DNA of 64,000 bases, from assembly GCA_965235115.1 (NCBI GenBank), contig OZ249437.1, positions 52,080,001 through 52,144,000 on the forward strand, written 5' to 3'. Both the position numbers and the translations under genes were made by a program. The notes under the pieces are model-generated. The model saw nothing but the letters and a program-made list of their open reading frames with translations. It did not search any database and was not told where the DNA came from. Position 1 is the stretch's first letter. The number at the start of each line of letters is the position of its first letter. The stretch is from Laetmonice hystrix. Its lineage: Eukaryota. Positions 48,801 through 60,825 of the stretch are shown here, piece by piece.

Positions 48801-51800
48801 AGAGGGGGGCTATAATCTCTGCAGGCTAACTGTAGACTAAGACCGAGCTTGTGCGGGTTAAGTCAGTATTATAAAAAAACCTGAGTGCTATTATATAATG
48901 CGCACACCTTTTGCTATGAGAATCGGTGCAGTAATGCTGGGGACAGGGTTCGATTCCAGGAGGGTGCGAAATAATTTTCTCTTTCCGGACATTTTGAAAG
49001 TGAACTGGGCTACACCTGATGCTTGTGCACAGTGAAGATGGAGTCCCACAAACAATCCCACGTGGTCACAGGTGCAATGTTATACCCCCTTTACACAAGG
49101 CTGGCGATCGTTGAGAGATCGTTGAGCGATGAAGAAATGGCCAGGTCTCTCAACGATCTTTCAATGAGCGCCCAGCGATCTCCAAGATCTCTCAATGATA
49201 TCTCTCAATGATCTTCCAGTGATCTCCACGGTCACCACGGTTTCCTCAAAGTTTTGAACACTCCAAAACAATCTATCAACGATCGCCAGGGGAAGCGATC
49301 TCTCAACGAACGCTAAAGGAACCTTCAGTGCTCTACGATCTCATTTATCTCCCAATGATCTCTCAGCGGTCTTTCAATGAGCCGATCCCCCCCCCCCCCC
49401 CGGAGGTAGAGATGGCTGAGAGATCAGTGAGGGATCGCTAGCGTTCGATGAAAGACCATAGAGTTCATTGAAAGAACGAGACGGAGATCGCTGAGATATC
49501 ATTGGGCGATCAATTTCCGCTTGAGAGATTGTTGAGCGTTCATTGAGAGATTGGGGAGAGATTTCCGCGGCAATGTGAAGCTTAGCAACCTCCTTGGTCG
49601 CCCAAGGAACTCTCAGTGATCCCTCAGCAACCTAGTGATCTCTCCTGGTCTCTCAGTGATCTCCATAGATCTCTCAGTGATCTCTCTTGGTCGCACCTGA
49701 TCTCTCAACGATCTCCGTAGATATCTCAGTGATCCCTCTGTCGCACAACGAGCGCTCAGCAAACTCTCAATGGTCGCTGCAGGAGGCTTATAGTCTCCAT
49801 TGGTCTCTCAAGGATCTTTCAATGATCGCTCAATGATCGCCAAAGTCGCTCAAAGATCTCGATAGATCGCCATGAACGTTGGCGAAAATTGCATTTTTGA
49901 TCGCACAACGAGCGCACGTAGCCTACAAGGATCTCCCCATCATTTACACAGAAACGGTTTTTTTTCGAGGCTTTAGGAGATCGTTGAGAGATCGGGCCAA
50001 TGTTTGATCGCTCAATGGTCACCCAACGATCTCCGTGTGTGTAGGCTAAAGGGGCCCTAACATGATCCGTGTCATGAACACGGTAAGAATTCCTACTGAT
50101 TTGTTTATGGAACATTTTGGTTCTTTCCATTTGGCCGGCCCTGGCATACCGTCATTTAAAAGAAAATTAGTCACGGAAAACCCCAGCACAAGTGTGGCTT
50201 GCGTGAACCATACCTAACCCAGAGGCTCAGACAGTTGTGAATCACAAGTGATACCCTCCTCGCTCTCAGCGCCGACCTGACTGCCAGACCCAGGCACGCT
50301 GGTAACGGGATGAGTCAACCGACAATATAGAACACTTCCCGTTACAACAGGAATGGCAGTGGCGTATCAGGGGGGGGGGGGGTGGTCCAAGTATCCAGGA
50401 ACACCTCTGAAGTACCAAAACGTCGGACCCCCCCCCCCCCTTACGAAATTCTGGATATAATACGCCACTGAATGTGATGTCGCCTTTCTTGGACAATATG
50501 CCAGCCTACCGTATACCATATTCTATGATCAGGCACGGATCTAGGATATATGAAAGGGGGGAGGGGCACACAGACTTTTTAAGATTTTAATCAGAATTTT
50601 AATCAGATGATGCTACGTGTTTGTGTACTGTGTACTACTAATTACGGAAATGTTCCATGTGCAAATTGTGTTGTTTAGAATCGTCCGTTTAATAGCACAT
50701 ATACGAAAATATAACATAACTCTATAACTCTATCGTATGGTATATAGGATTGCATGCACGTCTCGCATTCTTTCAGCTGGCCACATCTAAAGGGTGTGTG
50801 GCGGGCGATCTCCGCTACACGGAGGCTGACGGCAATATGGTCGACTGTCGGCACACAAACACTGTACGTCAAGCTGCAAACTCTCGGACTAAAGACATCC
50901 CGGAATTATTCTATAATTAAAATCGTGTTCTGTTCTTTTTAAATTACACCGAGTTGCAGAATAACTATGATTTTATTTTGGTCCGAGTTCAGGGCGTCAT
51001 GATCCCAAACCATATAGAGGCATTGGAAAGTATCCTTTATTGTTATTTTACGTGACATTTTGAATTGATAATTTTAGTAGTAGTTTGTAGTGACCAATGG
51101 GGGCTCCATAATGGTAGAAACGAACACTTAACATTGACGCAGACATACAGTCGAATGCTAACTTTGTCCTTGTGGTGGAGAAAGACGCGACCTTCCAGAG
51201 GCTGTTGGATGAGGGAGTGTGCTCAAAACTTTCACCATGTGTACTTGTCACGGTACGTTGTGAATTTTTCCATATTCACCTTTAATACCTTTGCTTTAAT
51301 AATTATATATAAATCTAGGCTTGGGGAAGACAACAAAGGAGAAGACAATCGAAACATATTGCATCCATGTCTTATACAGATATAAACATTGATTTTGTTA
51401 TGAAATTTGTGTGATACAGTTTTTAATCATCACTATAATCATGTAAGGACTCGGTGCTCTGTTTGGCGAGATATATTCTAAGTTCATTGTGCCCCTTTTC
51501 GGTTGCTAAGGGCAAAGGTTTCCCGGATGTGAACACAAGATTGCTGGTCCGCAGATTGTGGGACAACTTTCAGGTACCTGTCTTCGTTTTAGTCGACGCC
51601 GATCCTCACGGTAAGAAATGAGCACCAAGAGACTAGTCTCCATAGAGTTTCTATACTTTAATTATATAATGTCTGTTTCTATGTTTCGCTGTCTTTATAT
51701 ACAGAGTTTGCCGCCATATTGCGTATTACAGTTTTTACTCTTAGTAAAATATACATGGGGATATAATTATTTCTCATAAACAGCTCGTCAGTATAATACA

Positions 51801-54023
51801 CTACTTTTTCTTTCAGGAATTGAAATCCTCATGGTGTACAAATTCGGATCGCGGGTAGGTTTCTGTTTTAGTGATATGATCATGAACTTAGAATGATATT
51901 GCTGTGTAGAAATCGGAACCACACAGTGGTCATAATTGCAATCTCTCTTTAATATGATGTGATATGGCGTTCCTGATATATAGGAAATTCATTGATACCA
52001 CTTACAATCGTCAGTCGATGTCGTTCGAGGCGAGCACGTTGGCCATTCCCGTCGCCAGGTGGATAGGGGTGTGGCCCTCTGATATTAAAAGGTAAGTTAA
52101 ACTGCCGGTATAAGTTCGCAAGCGTGTCGGAGACGGGGGCATCCCCCCACCACCACCAATATTATAAAGTAATCAGACTTGTAACTTAAGGTACACCTTG
52201 AACAAAAACTTATAAATGTTTCTGACACACCAGGCAAAGCAGCTTCATGGACGTATGCAGCTACAGTTGCATCTAATGATGAGATTAGAAAAACAATATT
52301 TTACTGATTAGATTTCATCATTATTATTTTCCATTTAGTTTAAAGATTTATTTATGGCAAAGCACACACAGTGTTCTGGAGATGTAACTACTCATTAAGT
52401 TCCTTCTATGGTCGCCTACAGAGAGCAGCAGTAGTTAACGTTATGGATGTATTCATCAACTCCATAATACATGTATTATGTACAATTATATCATCCCCAA
52501 TTAATAGACTCCTATCAACAGGAGGCCCTACATCTCCACTGAACCAAAGACCGACCTTTTAGAAGACGGAAGTGTTAGCAGACGAGAGTTGTCAACACAA
52601 ATTGATCGTTTCCCGCTCACTGAGTCAAGGGTCAGTTGACCTTCCATCGCTGACACACGAGTGGAAATCCCCTATCTCGGTCATACAAATGTTCCTGAGC
52701 AGTGTTTGTTTGCGTCTATTGTAGTACTGTCTCCCAGACAGGCGGATCTACATCAGACGCCATCGTAATAAGGATCACGGCAGACGACATTGACTCCATT
52801 TTAAATCGATTAGTCAGCTCCTCAACATGGCAATATGTGAATGTGTCAAGGATCGTTTTCTCTGACATTGCGCAATGTCTTCAGATTAGTTGAAATCAGT
52901 CGGCAACTATCTATAGCGATGGCGTGGTGTATGAGAATAGATTGTTTGTCGATGTGGGGCGCCAATAACTGGCCTAGCCTATCTATAACAGATTAGATGT
53001 CAGCCACTTTTGCCTGGAATGGCAGATAATTATGGATAGAACGCTCCCAATAAACGAGGAAAGGATATGAAGGAAGTGGAGCCGACGCAAAGCTCATCTC
53101 AATGTAAATTCTAACTTTGAATAAGACATTTTCATGACGTTTTGTACAAGCCGGTATGGTATTTTCGTTGGATTGTCAGGTTACAGATGCCACAGTCGGG
53201 TCTCGTGCCGCTGACCGAAGCTGACCTCACGAAGGCGGAGGACCTACTCAGACGGCCCTACATCAGTTCACAACCCGCCTGGCAGTCGGAGGTGAGGCCA
53301 GTGCATCCTTGGCCAGCTGTCGCTGTCAGACAGAGTTAAAGGCAGGGTAAACACCCACGGCAAATAAGGTTTCGTAGACCAAATGAAACACCAGCATTTA
53401 CCTCAGGGCAATAAATGACACAATTACGTTGTCTGAATGAAGTAATTAACGTGTAACTGCCCGATGTGTGACGCTGCTGGTTCTAACCTTGCTCTGCTTG
53501 TGTGTTCATCACCTCGGACGTTTACAAACGTTGGGACTCCAAACACCGTGTAGACAAGGTCTGTGAGCAGAGTAACACGTAATGTTACGCAATACTCCGC
53601 GGTGTGCAGCATTCGGCTGTGATGAACACACAAGAAGGTCAAGGTCAGAACCAGCGGCGTTACACATTGGGCGGTTACACGTTAATTACTTCATTCTGAC
53701 AACGTAATTGTGTCATTTATTGCCCTGAGGTAAATGCTGGTGTTTCATTTGGTCTACGAAACCTTATTTGCCGTGGGTGTTTACCCTGCCTTTAAACAAA
53801 ATCATTATCTACCCATTCGGTGGTTGATTATCTTTACCAAGCGCGATTCGTGTTTTACGTTTAATGTCGTCACGATTGTCTTATATTTGTTAAATCTTTC
53901 CAGGTGAAGCAGCTTATCGACGGAGGAGTCAAAGCAGAAATCCAGACTTTAGATGCTATTTCTCCACGTTTTCTTGCCGACGTGTATTTGCCAAACAAGA
54001 TTTGCTATGGAGGATGGGTCTAA
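45741..54023 (+). CDS. SPO11: Meiotic recombination protein SPO11, 13 exons
   Basis: Exons are 45741-45889, 47272-47385, 47579-47667, 47813-~47879 (end in gap), 48133-48241, 50777-50863, 50993-51029, 51143-51252, 51511-51610, 51817-51854, 52015-52091, 53180-53291 and 53904-54023. Motifs are the catalytic T[K]RDMYY, ATSKG, VVEKDATFQRL, GKGFPD, DADPHGIEI, KAEIQ and YLPNKI. Confidence 0.96.
47272..47385 (+). CDS. SPO11: SPO11 exon 2 (114 bp, EEVIRRLEAVI...TWDNV)
   Basis: Similar to vertebrate exon 2; donor GTAAGT. Confidence 0.85.
47579..47667 (+). CDS. SPO11: SPO11 exon 3
   Basis: TTTTAG| YQEGLGLELV...IRKF |GTGAGT. Confidence 0.9.
47813..47876 (+). CDS. SPO11: SPO11 exon 4 (truncated by gap)
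   Basis: ALTLRVLAIIHGLLQTNTYST, then N. Confidence 0.9.
47877..48052. other. Assembly gap (176 N)
   Basis: Run of N bases. Confidence 0.99.
48133..48241 (+). CDS. SPO11: SPO11 exon 5 (catalytic Tyr, RDMYY)
   Basis: RDMYYQDTQSFGTQTTVDSIVDNITCMLRVSRARLHV. Confidence 0.95.
49085..50057. mobile_element. GATC-rich foldback element, possibly PIF/Harbinger-derived, in SPO11 intron 5
   Basis: Ends are CCCCTTTACACA and TGTGT(AGGCT)AAAGGGG, with TAA on the right flank. It contains about 35 GATC sites in degenerate units in both orientations. Confidence 0.55.
50357..50470. mobile_element. Short MITE with CAGTGGCGTAT TIRs and poly-G/poly-C
   Basis: CAGTGGCGTAT ... ATACGCCACTG, with flanks AATGG and AATGT. 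Confidence 0.7.
50777..50863 (+). CDS. SPO11: SPO11 exon 6
   Basis: LATSKGCVAGDLRYTEADGNMVDCRHTNT. Confidence 0.95.
50993..51029 (+). CDS. SPO11: SPO11 exon 7 (37 bp)
   Basis: GVMIPNHIEALE; followed by a U12-type donor. Confidence 0.9.
51030..51142 (+). other. U12-type (minor spliceosome) GT-AG intron
   Basis: The 5'ss is GTATCCTTT. A CTTAAC branch core ends 10 nt before the 3' end. There is no polypyrimidine tract, and the phase is required by the SPO11 frame. Confidence 0.85.
51143..51252 (+). CDS. SPO11: SPO11 exon 8 (Toprim EKD)
   Basis: IQSNANFVLVVEKDATFQRLLDEGVCSKLSPCVLVT. Confidence 0.95.
51511..51610 (+). CDS. SPO11: SPO11 exon 9 (GKGFPD...DADPH)
   Basis: Toprim DxD motif. Confidence 0.96.
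51817..51854 (+). CDS. SPO11: SPO11 exon 10
   Basis: GIEILMVYKFGSR. Confidence 0.93.
52015..52091 (+). CDS. SPO11: SPO11 exon 11
   Basis: SMSFEASTLAIPVARWIGVWPSDIK. Confidence 0.93.
53180..53291 (+). CDS. SPO11: SPO11 exon 12
   Basis: LQMPQSGLVPLTEADLTKAEDLLRRPYISSQPAWQSE. Confidence 0.93.
53340..53791. mobile_element. Kolobok/T2-like MITE, full-length, in SPO11 intron 12
   Basis: TTAA TSD at 53336-53339 and 53792-53795. The outer ~115 bp of the two arms pair almost perfectly. Homologous to 2070-2421. Confidence 0.92.
53904..54023 (+). CDS. SPO11: SPO11 exon 13 (terminal)
   Basis: VKQLIDGGVKAEIQTLDAISPRFLADVYLPNKICYGGWV*. Confidence 0.95.
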   Translation: MKQLIDGGVKAEIQTLDAISPRFLADVYLPNKICYGGWV

Positions 54024-55409
54024 ATGAACAGATTGTAGAATGTGGATTTTGAGCGAATCAATTATGAGCACATATCTCTACTTGCATGTATACTTCCTCA
54101 GTATATTTTTCCTTCCGTAACATACTACAAGCATTATGCTCGGGTTAATGGTGATGCTCGGGTTAATGGTGATACCTAATTCTAACGTGTAAAATTTTGG
54201 TTCAACTACGATATTATGAATTAAACATTAATTGTCTTTGTTGTGACTCAGTCTTTAGGAAATACTGTACCCGCATTTTCCCAGTCACCAAGAAAGCGCC
54301 CCAACTCCGGTGTCCTTATGAAAGAAGCTAATCCAGGGAAGTAGCAAATATTATTCTCCCCACACCTTCGCCAAACTGTATTTGAAAATGACTCAAATTA
54401 GAGTCCAGATCAGAAACGGAAGACCGGACTGTACTTATCTCTGACTCCCTTCATAGTTATGTTAACAACAACAAAAACTCAACGTAGGCCTCAGCTTCCA
54501 TCTAATGCTTAATTGTAATAGTAGCATAGAAAATAAATCGGAAAAATACATGCCAAGGAAGATGGGCCGCAGGGGGGCACTTAGCGAATAATCTGGCCAT
54601 AATGACCGCATAACACAGCAATGGATACGGAATTTTAGTACAAAGAGGTTGGTCATGTGTAATGTATTTGTTGAAAATTAATGATGAAATAATTCATATA
54701 CAGTAAATTTATTAACCTAGGTATACATACATGTACCGCACCATGCAAGGCACTAACATACTGTAACATTTAAACCCGATTTTTGAAAACCGGTATTATT
54801 TTCTCAGTATCAATCACAAGCACATCACAGGAATAGTATTGGCAATCGGTGCACCCAGCACCTTGTCGTAGACTCATCAGTAATAAACTCATAATAAAGA
54901 GAAAGCGATGTAGGCATTATGTCGGTCCATATGCACGCATCCCATCGAGAAGCTAGACAATCCGACGGCAGGCAAATAGTTCTACACCTTAGCTCTATAA
55001 CTGCCCGTGTTCTGGCTGGCCATTGTACTAGTCAAACGCTTTTCGCTCTAATGATTGCGCCATGCCCTATTTTTGGAGTTAAGCCACCAGAATATTTTAG
55101 AGCTTTTGAAAACAGGTGGTCAGGAAATCTAGCATTAAGAAGTGATGTTAAACCGAGGATGAGGAGCCGACCACGAACTCTCTTCATCCGGCATACGGCA
55201 TTATGTTCAACCCGAATAATTATTATCAGCAGCTTACAATGTCGTACTTTACTACAGGTCAAGTTGACATCGCATGAAGCTGGACCGATCGATGTAGTCA
55301 TACTTGCTGAGTGTGACTGCAGCCTCCATAGGCCCTACTATTTAACAGTTTACGCTGGTTGAAGCCCCCCGTCTGGGAAACGGCCAAGATGGGTCGGGTC
55401 ACGGACGGG

Positions 55410-56257
55410 TCATGATGTCGGTGCGGAGAAGCAAGGATAACATTCGTCCTCCTGGAGATCCTGTTTGTCTACAGGAGCTGTCCTTAGTGCACAGGTCAAG
55501 GTGAACACAGGGCAGCAGAAAATCCACCCCAAACAGCACAACCCTGAAAGAACAGGGAGACAATTTTCGTTATTACTGATTCGATCTTCAGTAGCTGTCT
55601 GTCAAACATACTGCAGATCCCGAACCCTCCATTAAACACATCTTCGTATGTACATACCTCTCATGAACCGTTGCCGAGATTTGGAAGGCTTCTTCAAACC
55701 TTTCCGACAGGCGTTACATCTACATTGGAAGTTTTGGGCCACGGCAGCCAACAGTCTATGGAACAAGAAGGTTATCTATCCAAGGTTAAGATATTATAGT
55801 AACGTATTGGCAATAACTGCGACTTGTGAACTTATTTTACCATGTGGTGGTCTGCATCAGAGTAATCCATTTTATAACACATTCCTCTAATTAACAAATC
55901 AAATACTTTGTTTCGTATACTTAGATGAGCTATACACTACATCAGAAACAACAGTGATTCTGATACGCTATCCTCTATTCTGCACCATCACGCAGATTTC
56001 TCTTAAAACAGACCATTAATGGAGCTAGGGCTATTCTAGAGAGATACCCCTAGAGAAATGCATTGATGTCATCATCTCGAGAATCAATTTCCCTTGTAAT
56101 CAGTTTCCATAAATAGCCACTGATTCATTAAGACCTTTGACCAGCAGACTCTCGGCCCATACCTACGTGTTAGGGTTGTGACTGATGGTCGCGCCGCATC
56201 GTGAGACAACCGTGTTCGGCCTTCTCTCTTCACATGGTACAATGTTCTCAAGTATGT
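55410..56257 (-). CDS. Last three coding exons of an unidentified Cys-rich protein
   Basis: Exons 56257-56167 (or -56163), 55755-55658 and 55543-55410 have strong AG/GT sites and matching phases. They read ...LLAAVAQNFQCRCNACRKGLKKPSKSRQRFMRGLCCLGWIFCCPVFTLTCALRTAPVDKQDLQEDECYPCFSAPTS*. A minus-strand AATAAA lies at 54708-54713. Confidence 0.6.
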
Positions 56258-56853
56258 CTGAAAAAATGGGAAATGGTGAAACAAAAGCACCACAAAACGC
56301 ATAGATGGCTGGGGGAGATGCAAACATACATGTAGACCTACAATCATAATATTTGCTTCAGTCCGTAAGCCTAATATTCTTATGGATACCGTCAGATTTT
56401 ATAGCCTTTTGCTTAGAGTATAGCCGTGTGGATCTAAAAGGCTATGTATGTGGTATAAATCGGTAGGCCAAGATCTATATTCTAAAATTAAAGCGAGTTA
56501 TGACGCAATATCTGCGCCATTTATCACATAACAGACTTTGCACTTCTCAAAACAAAATATTTTATGATGGGCGTTTCTTTTCGTTCTGGCCCTCGAGTGG
56601 TTCAAATAATGAGATTATAGGAGTAAATAGGCTGGGAATAGGATGAGTGGTGGGATACTTGGATTTGCTTGGCCTGAACCCCATCGGATTACGGGTACAA
56701 TTAAATACTCAAAGTGTTGACTTGCCACCTCGAAGTGGGTTCTATAGGCATATGTCTGATATACATGCATGCACTCATTGTTTATGTAATGGCTCTCTCC
56801 TTAATAAATCCGAAGTAAACCTATATATGAATGCTCCCAGGGAATTCAGTTAA

Positions 56854-57377
56854 AGGGGCATATTATGAGGAAACGATAAAAATCGGTAATTTATAGAACT
56901 TTTGCTGTTTTCATAAAGAGACCCTTCATTAAAATTGCTTAGTAAACAACGACAGACTTATCAGTTTCATTTTGCGTGAGAAATCGAAGTTTATTAAGCT
57001 CCCTTGCCTGCTTCTCTGCCGATTTCGTAAAATATTTTTTGGGTGGCATTCTGATGCCGGGCGATCGAGTGCCACTGCTGAATTGTTTACAACTAAGCAA
57101 AGCACGTGACTAAGCACATGCAGAGAGTGCACACACAGGATGTGACACAGTATGCAATTACACGGGTTGATGGGGGGTTGTCCGCCAAATTATGGCGGGA
57201 GATGTGCTATCGGGAGATAGAGGTTTGGTCGTATAGAACCTACTTGTGCTGCATACGCAGCGAAAACACGTCGGAGGACAAAATGCTGTGGTAGGATTAT
57301 TTACTTGGATCCCTAGTACACGGTCATGTTGGATAATTGTCGGAAATCCTCAAAAACGTGTTTCATAGCATGCCCCT
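56854..57377. mobile_element. Kolobok-like MITE
   Basis: TTAA|AGGGGCATATTATG ... CATAGCATGCCCCT|TTAA. Confidence 0.75.
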
Positions 57378-60300
57378 TTAATATAACCTGAATCTGAATT
57401 TCCCGTCAACAGCATGGGTGGCATCAAGAAATCGTTTTCTGTTCCAGCTAGGGTTCCGCTAGCGCCAAACTATAGGCTAGGATACAATGATAAATTATCT
57501 TTCTTTTCCCCGCCAGTTGAAAATTCCAACATCCCAACTCGTAGGTTTCATTTTCTTAAAAACAAATCACAACTACCTGGAGGCGGCAAGGATGGAGGAG
57601 AGTTGAGATCGTTCAAGTTGCTGAGGATAGCCATCGTTATATATATCCACGACCGATTTCTCAGAATGCAGGGATAACTAGCTGCACTGCACCTTATGGA
57701 TTTTACCCGCAGCTTATGTCGCCAACTGTACGTCACAGCCAGACCACTGTCTCTCCAATCGCACAGTCACTCCAGCGTATGGTGCCTCTTCCAAGTCGCA
57801 TTCCGCAGACGCTGCAAATCAGGTCTGCAAATCAGGTCTTGCACAACGCGGTCAGTCCTGAGTGAATACTGGACTTCAAGGACGGTCGACAGCCATGCTC
57901 GTTTTCATCTTCCTCTTGTGAAAATATCCGTATACTCCAAAAAGTCGAAATCCATATGTGAAAACATACCTATAGAACGACGGCCATCAATTAGTTGATA
58001 AAACCGTGGTTTTGTCAGTGGTTTTGCGCATGGTATTTTACGGGAGTCTGAAAAGTCTGCAACCAAAGTCTTGTCGCTTCAGGGAATGACACATCAAACT
58101 CATGCTCACACTTGCGTGTAGTGATGACCGCAAGTTTCAATCTAGTCTGTTCAGTTCAAAATCGCTGCTTAATCTTAAGTATGAGGGCATACACACATGA
58201 ATATATCCTGTTCATCTGATGGCCTTTTGTCAGAGCGCGTTGCAGGTCGTATACTGCCGTTACTGTCACTGTGCACCCATTGATTGGACACTAGAGATGC
58301 CCATTGGCAAGTGAGCAATGGTTGCTCCAATCAATCCCACTTAAGTTGAAGCTCAATGAAGCACTAATTAGCACTGGATCCCGACAAAGTTCACTGGTCG
58401 ACACTCAGAACGTGATGAGTTTAGTAACGTTGTTTTGTTCAGTCTGGCTTGCACTCTTTTCCAGGTCGCAAAAAATAAAATTAAAAAAAAGAGTCAAATG
58501 TCGGCAAAATGTTGATCTCCTGCCTCAATCCAACGTCCGTAGACTGACCACGAGTTGATATTTGATGTCCATTGCAATAAATACTCAACGTCGACTTACG
58601 TTCTTTTAGTTATAACAATTTTTTCTTGTCGCAGCTATAGCGACGGCCTCACGGATGAAGTTGTTTAGACCGAAATAACCGCAGGACTGGCGTAGTATGA
58701 AATCTGGGGAGATTCCACAGAGCCAAAGCTACTTGGTCAGTTTGTTGTTATTATGATATCCACGCTGTAGTTCGTTCGGCGTCGGTCAGCAGAGATCTCA
58801 GGCACGGGCAGGTCAAGCCACTCAGGGAGTACCTACCGACTTAATTTTCGAGTCCGGCCCATGCTGGCAGAGGAATCCGGAGATTAGAGATTGTTGACTA
58901 GGGGCGCTCAGTGCCACTAATCTGGCAGTGAAGTGCAGCGACGGCGTCCTCGTAATGTTGAGCTGGCACAAAACCGGACAGTGGCGTTCAATATTACCTG
59001 CTCACACGGTAATAAAAAGGTACCCCTCCCCCCACGTCCCAGTAGCCCAAGGAATTGGAAGGGAGGGCAGGGGGTAGGGGGAGAAGTGGGGTGGGGTGGG
59101 GGGCTGATCCGGTTTCATTGTATGACGGCAGTTCAGTTCAACACTTATCGACCGTGTTAATTGGCCCAACCTCCTGCGGGAGTTCTGGTTGTCATGACAT
59201 CGGGCCCAAAACAGGCAATCTTATAGGTTTGGGCTTAAAGGCATGATTGGAGGTTTTTGGAGATGTTTTTGGAGTTAAGAGGGAGTTGCACCAACTACAT
59301 TTGTCTACTATATTTAGGCTACTAAAGGGTAGAGGCATCTTGAGTACAACTTCATGACCATATTTGCTTCGTGTATTGACCAACAATTATCATTATTTCT
59401 GAATAATCATTTATGGATCTTTATTTTGACTGATGAAGATAGATGTTACTGCATTTGGTGGTTAATTGTAATGTATATAAGCTACTGTGCTATACTTGGT
59501 GCTAAAGGCTAAAGGGCTTCGTTCAAACCCATAAATCTACTTCTTATAAACATTCAGTGTAGGCTTGAAGCAAGCAGATTGGGCTCGCGAATGTGGCCTT
59601 TCCTGACTTCTTCAATACGGAGTGCAATTATGTGAGTGTTAAGCCCACATGCAACTGCAGATTAACTATGGTTAGCACTGCATGAACCCGTCTTTGGCCG
59701 ATTTAGGTTTACTTATATGTAATCGACATGTGTCAAACAAAGGGCCCATAGAGCCCAGCCCACAAATGTCACTGAATATCCGCAAGTACGTTTATGAGGA
59801 TACGGATACATAGAACAGCTTTATTTCAGATTTAGCACCATACTCAGTCAGTGTTGCTCGATACGAAACAGTCTAAGAACCCTGTATTGTATAGGCCCCA
59901 TTTCTACCGTATACCGTATAGGGATAGGGACAGGATAGGGATATGTTATTTGGAGGTGTAGGGTTAGGGGTTAGGGATAAGGTCGGGGCTATGGATCTTT
60001 ACTTTCGACCAAATTTCGTGGGGTTACCATGGGGATATACCCACTCCCGCAATAAATGTATTTGATCGGGCCTGCTTCTCATATTCTTTTGGCCTTTGTA
60101 ATTTTTGTGATCGAGTATTATTGAATATTAAATCATGCGGACACTGTGTGTGGTCATTGGTTGGAACATCTGCAGACAGAGCAGGGGTGTCGGAAGCTAT
60201 TGATATCCTGAAGCCAGGAGCCGTTTATCCATGGTTAGCCTATGCCTTAACAGCGGCGGATCTAGGTATTGGGGGCATGTCCCCCCCCTCCCCCCACCCC

Positions 60301-60699
60301 CACCCTGGCCCCCTTTCCCGACACCCTTCCAGAGAGACAGGATAACATGACGTCCCAATTGACTTCCGGCGTCTGTCATTCCGTCTGTGTTCGTGAAATC
60401 CCAGTGGGGGACGAACCGCGGAACCAACTGAGAACCCTTCCACCAACCCACCAACCCACCAACCCACCCACACTCCTCTTAGCCGAAGAAGACAACGAAA
60501 GAGGCGGGATGTGAAAGAAGTTCAAGCCTGGGACAGGTTGGGATCCTGTCTGTGACACTGTCTGGCCGGCCCGCCAGCCGGCCCAGTCATGACAGATGCG
60601 GATTCAGGGTATAACCAAACCTGAGACCAAGCCCACCAAGCCCTCCATTATGGTGACTGATCAAGTATGAATCCACACAACCTAGGATAGGTTCCCGTC

Positions 60700-60708
60700 T
60701 ATATATAA
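60700..60708 (+). promoter_or_regulatory. TATA box of the secreted-protein gene
   Basis: TATATATAA lies ~120 bp upstream of the ATG at 60826. Confidence 0.45.
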
Positions 60709-60825
60709 TGTGAGGGCGAGTCTGGACAGCGCAAACAAGCACCAGCCGAAGACACACACACATAACTCCTACACTTCTTCAATCAAACTCCATAAAGGAA
60801 CACACGATTTATCCGACAAGACGAG

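Noticed and set aside
48947-48957. Pol III B-box GGTTCGATTCC (tRNA or SINE)
   Set aside because: No convincing A-box or cloverleaf; at most a SINE remnant.
54136-54173. 18-bp tandem duplication in the SPO11 3' UTR (and a 13-bp one at 57813-57838)
   Set aside because: Ordinary slippage duplications with no evidence of function.
54919-55362. 147-aa plus-strand ORF
   Set aside because: No homology or splice support; it overlaps the presumed 3' UTR of the minus-strand gene.
59959-59976. Telomere-like TTAGGG repeats
   Set aside because: Only 2-3 imperfect units, which are common inside invertebrate interspersed repeats.
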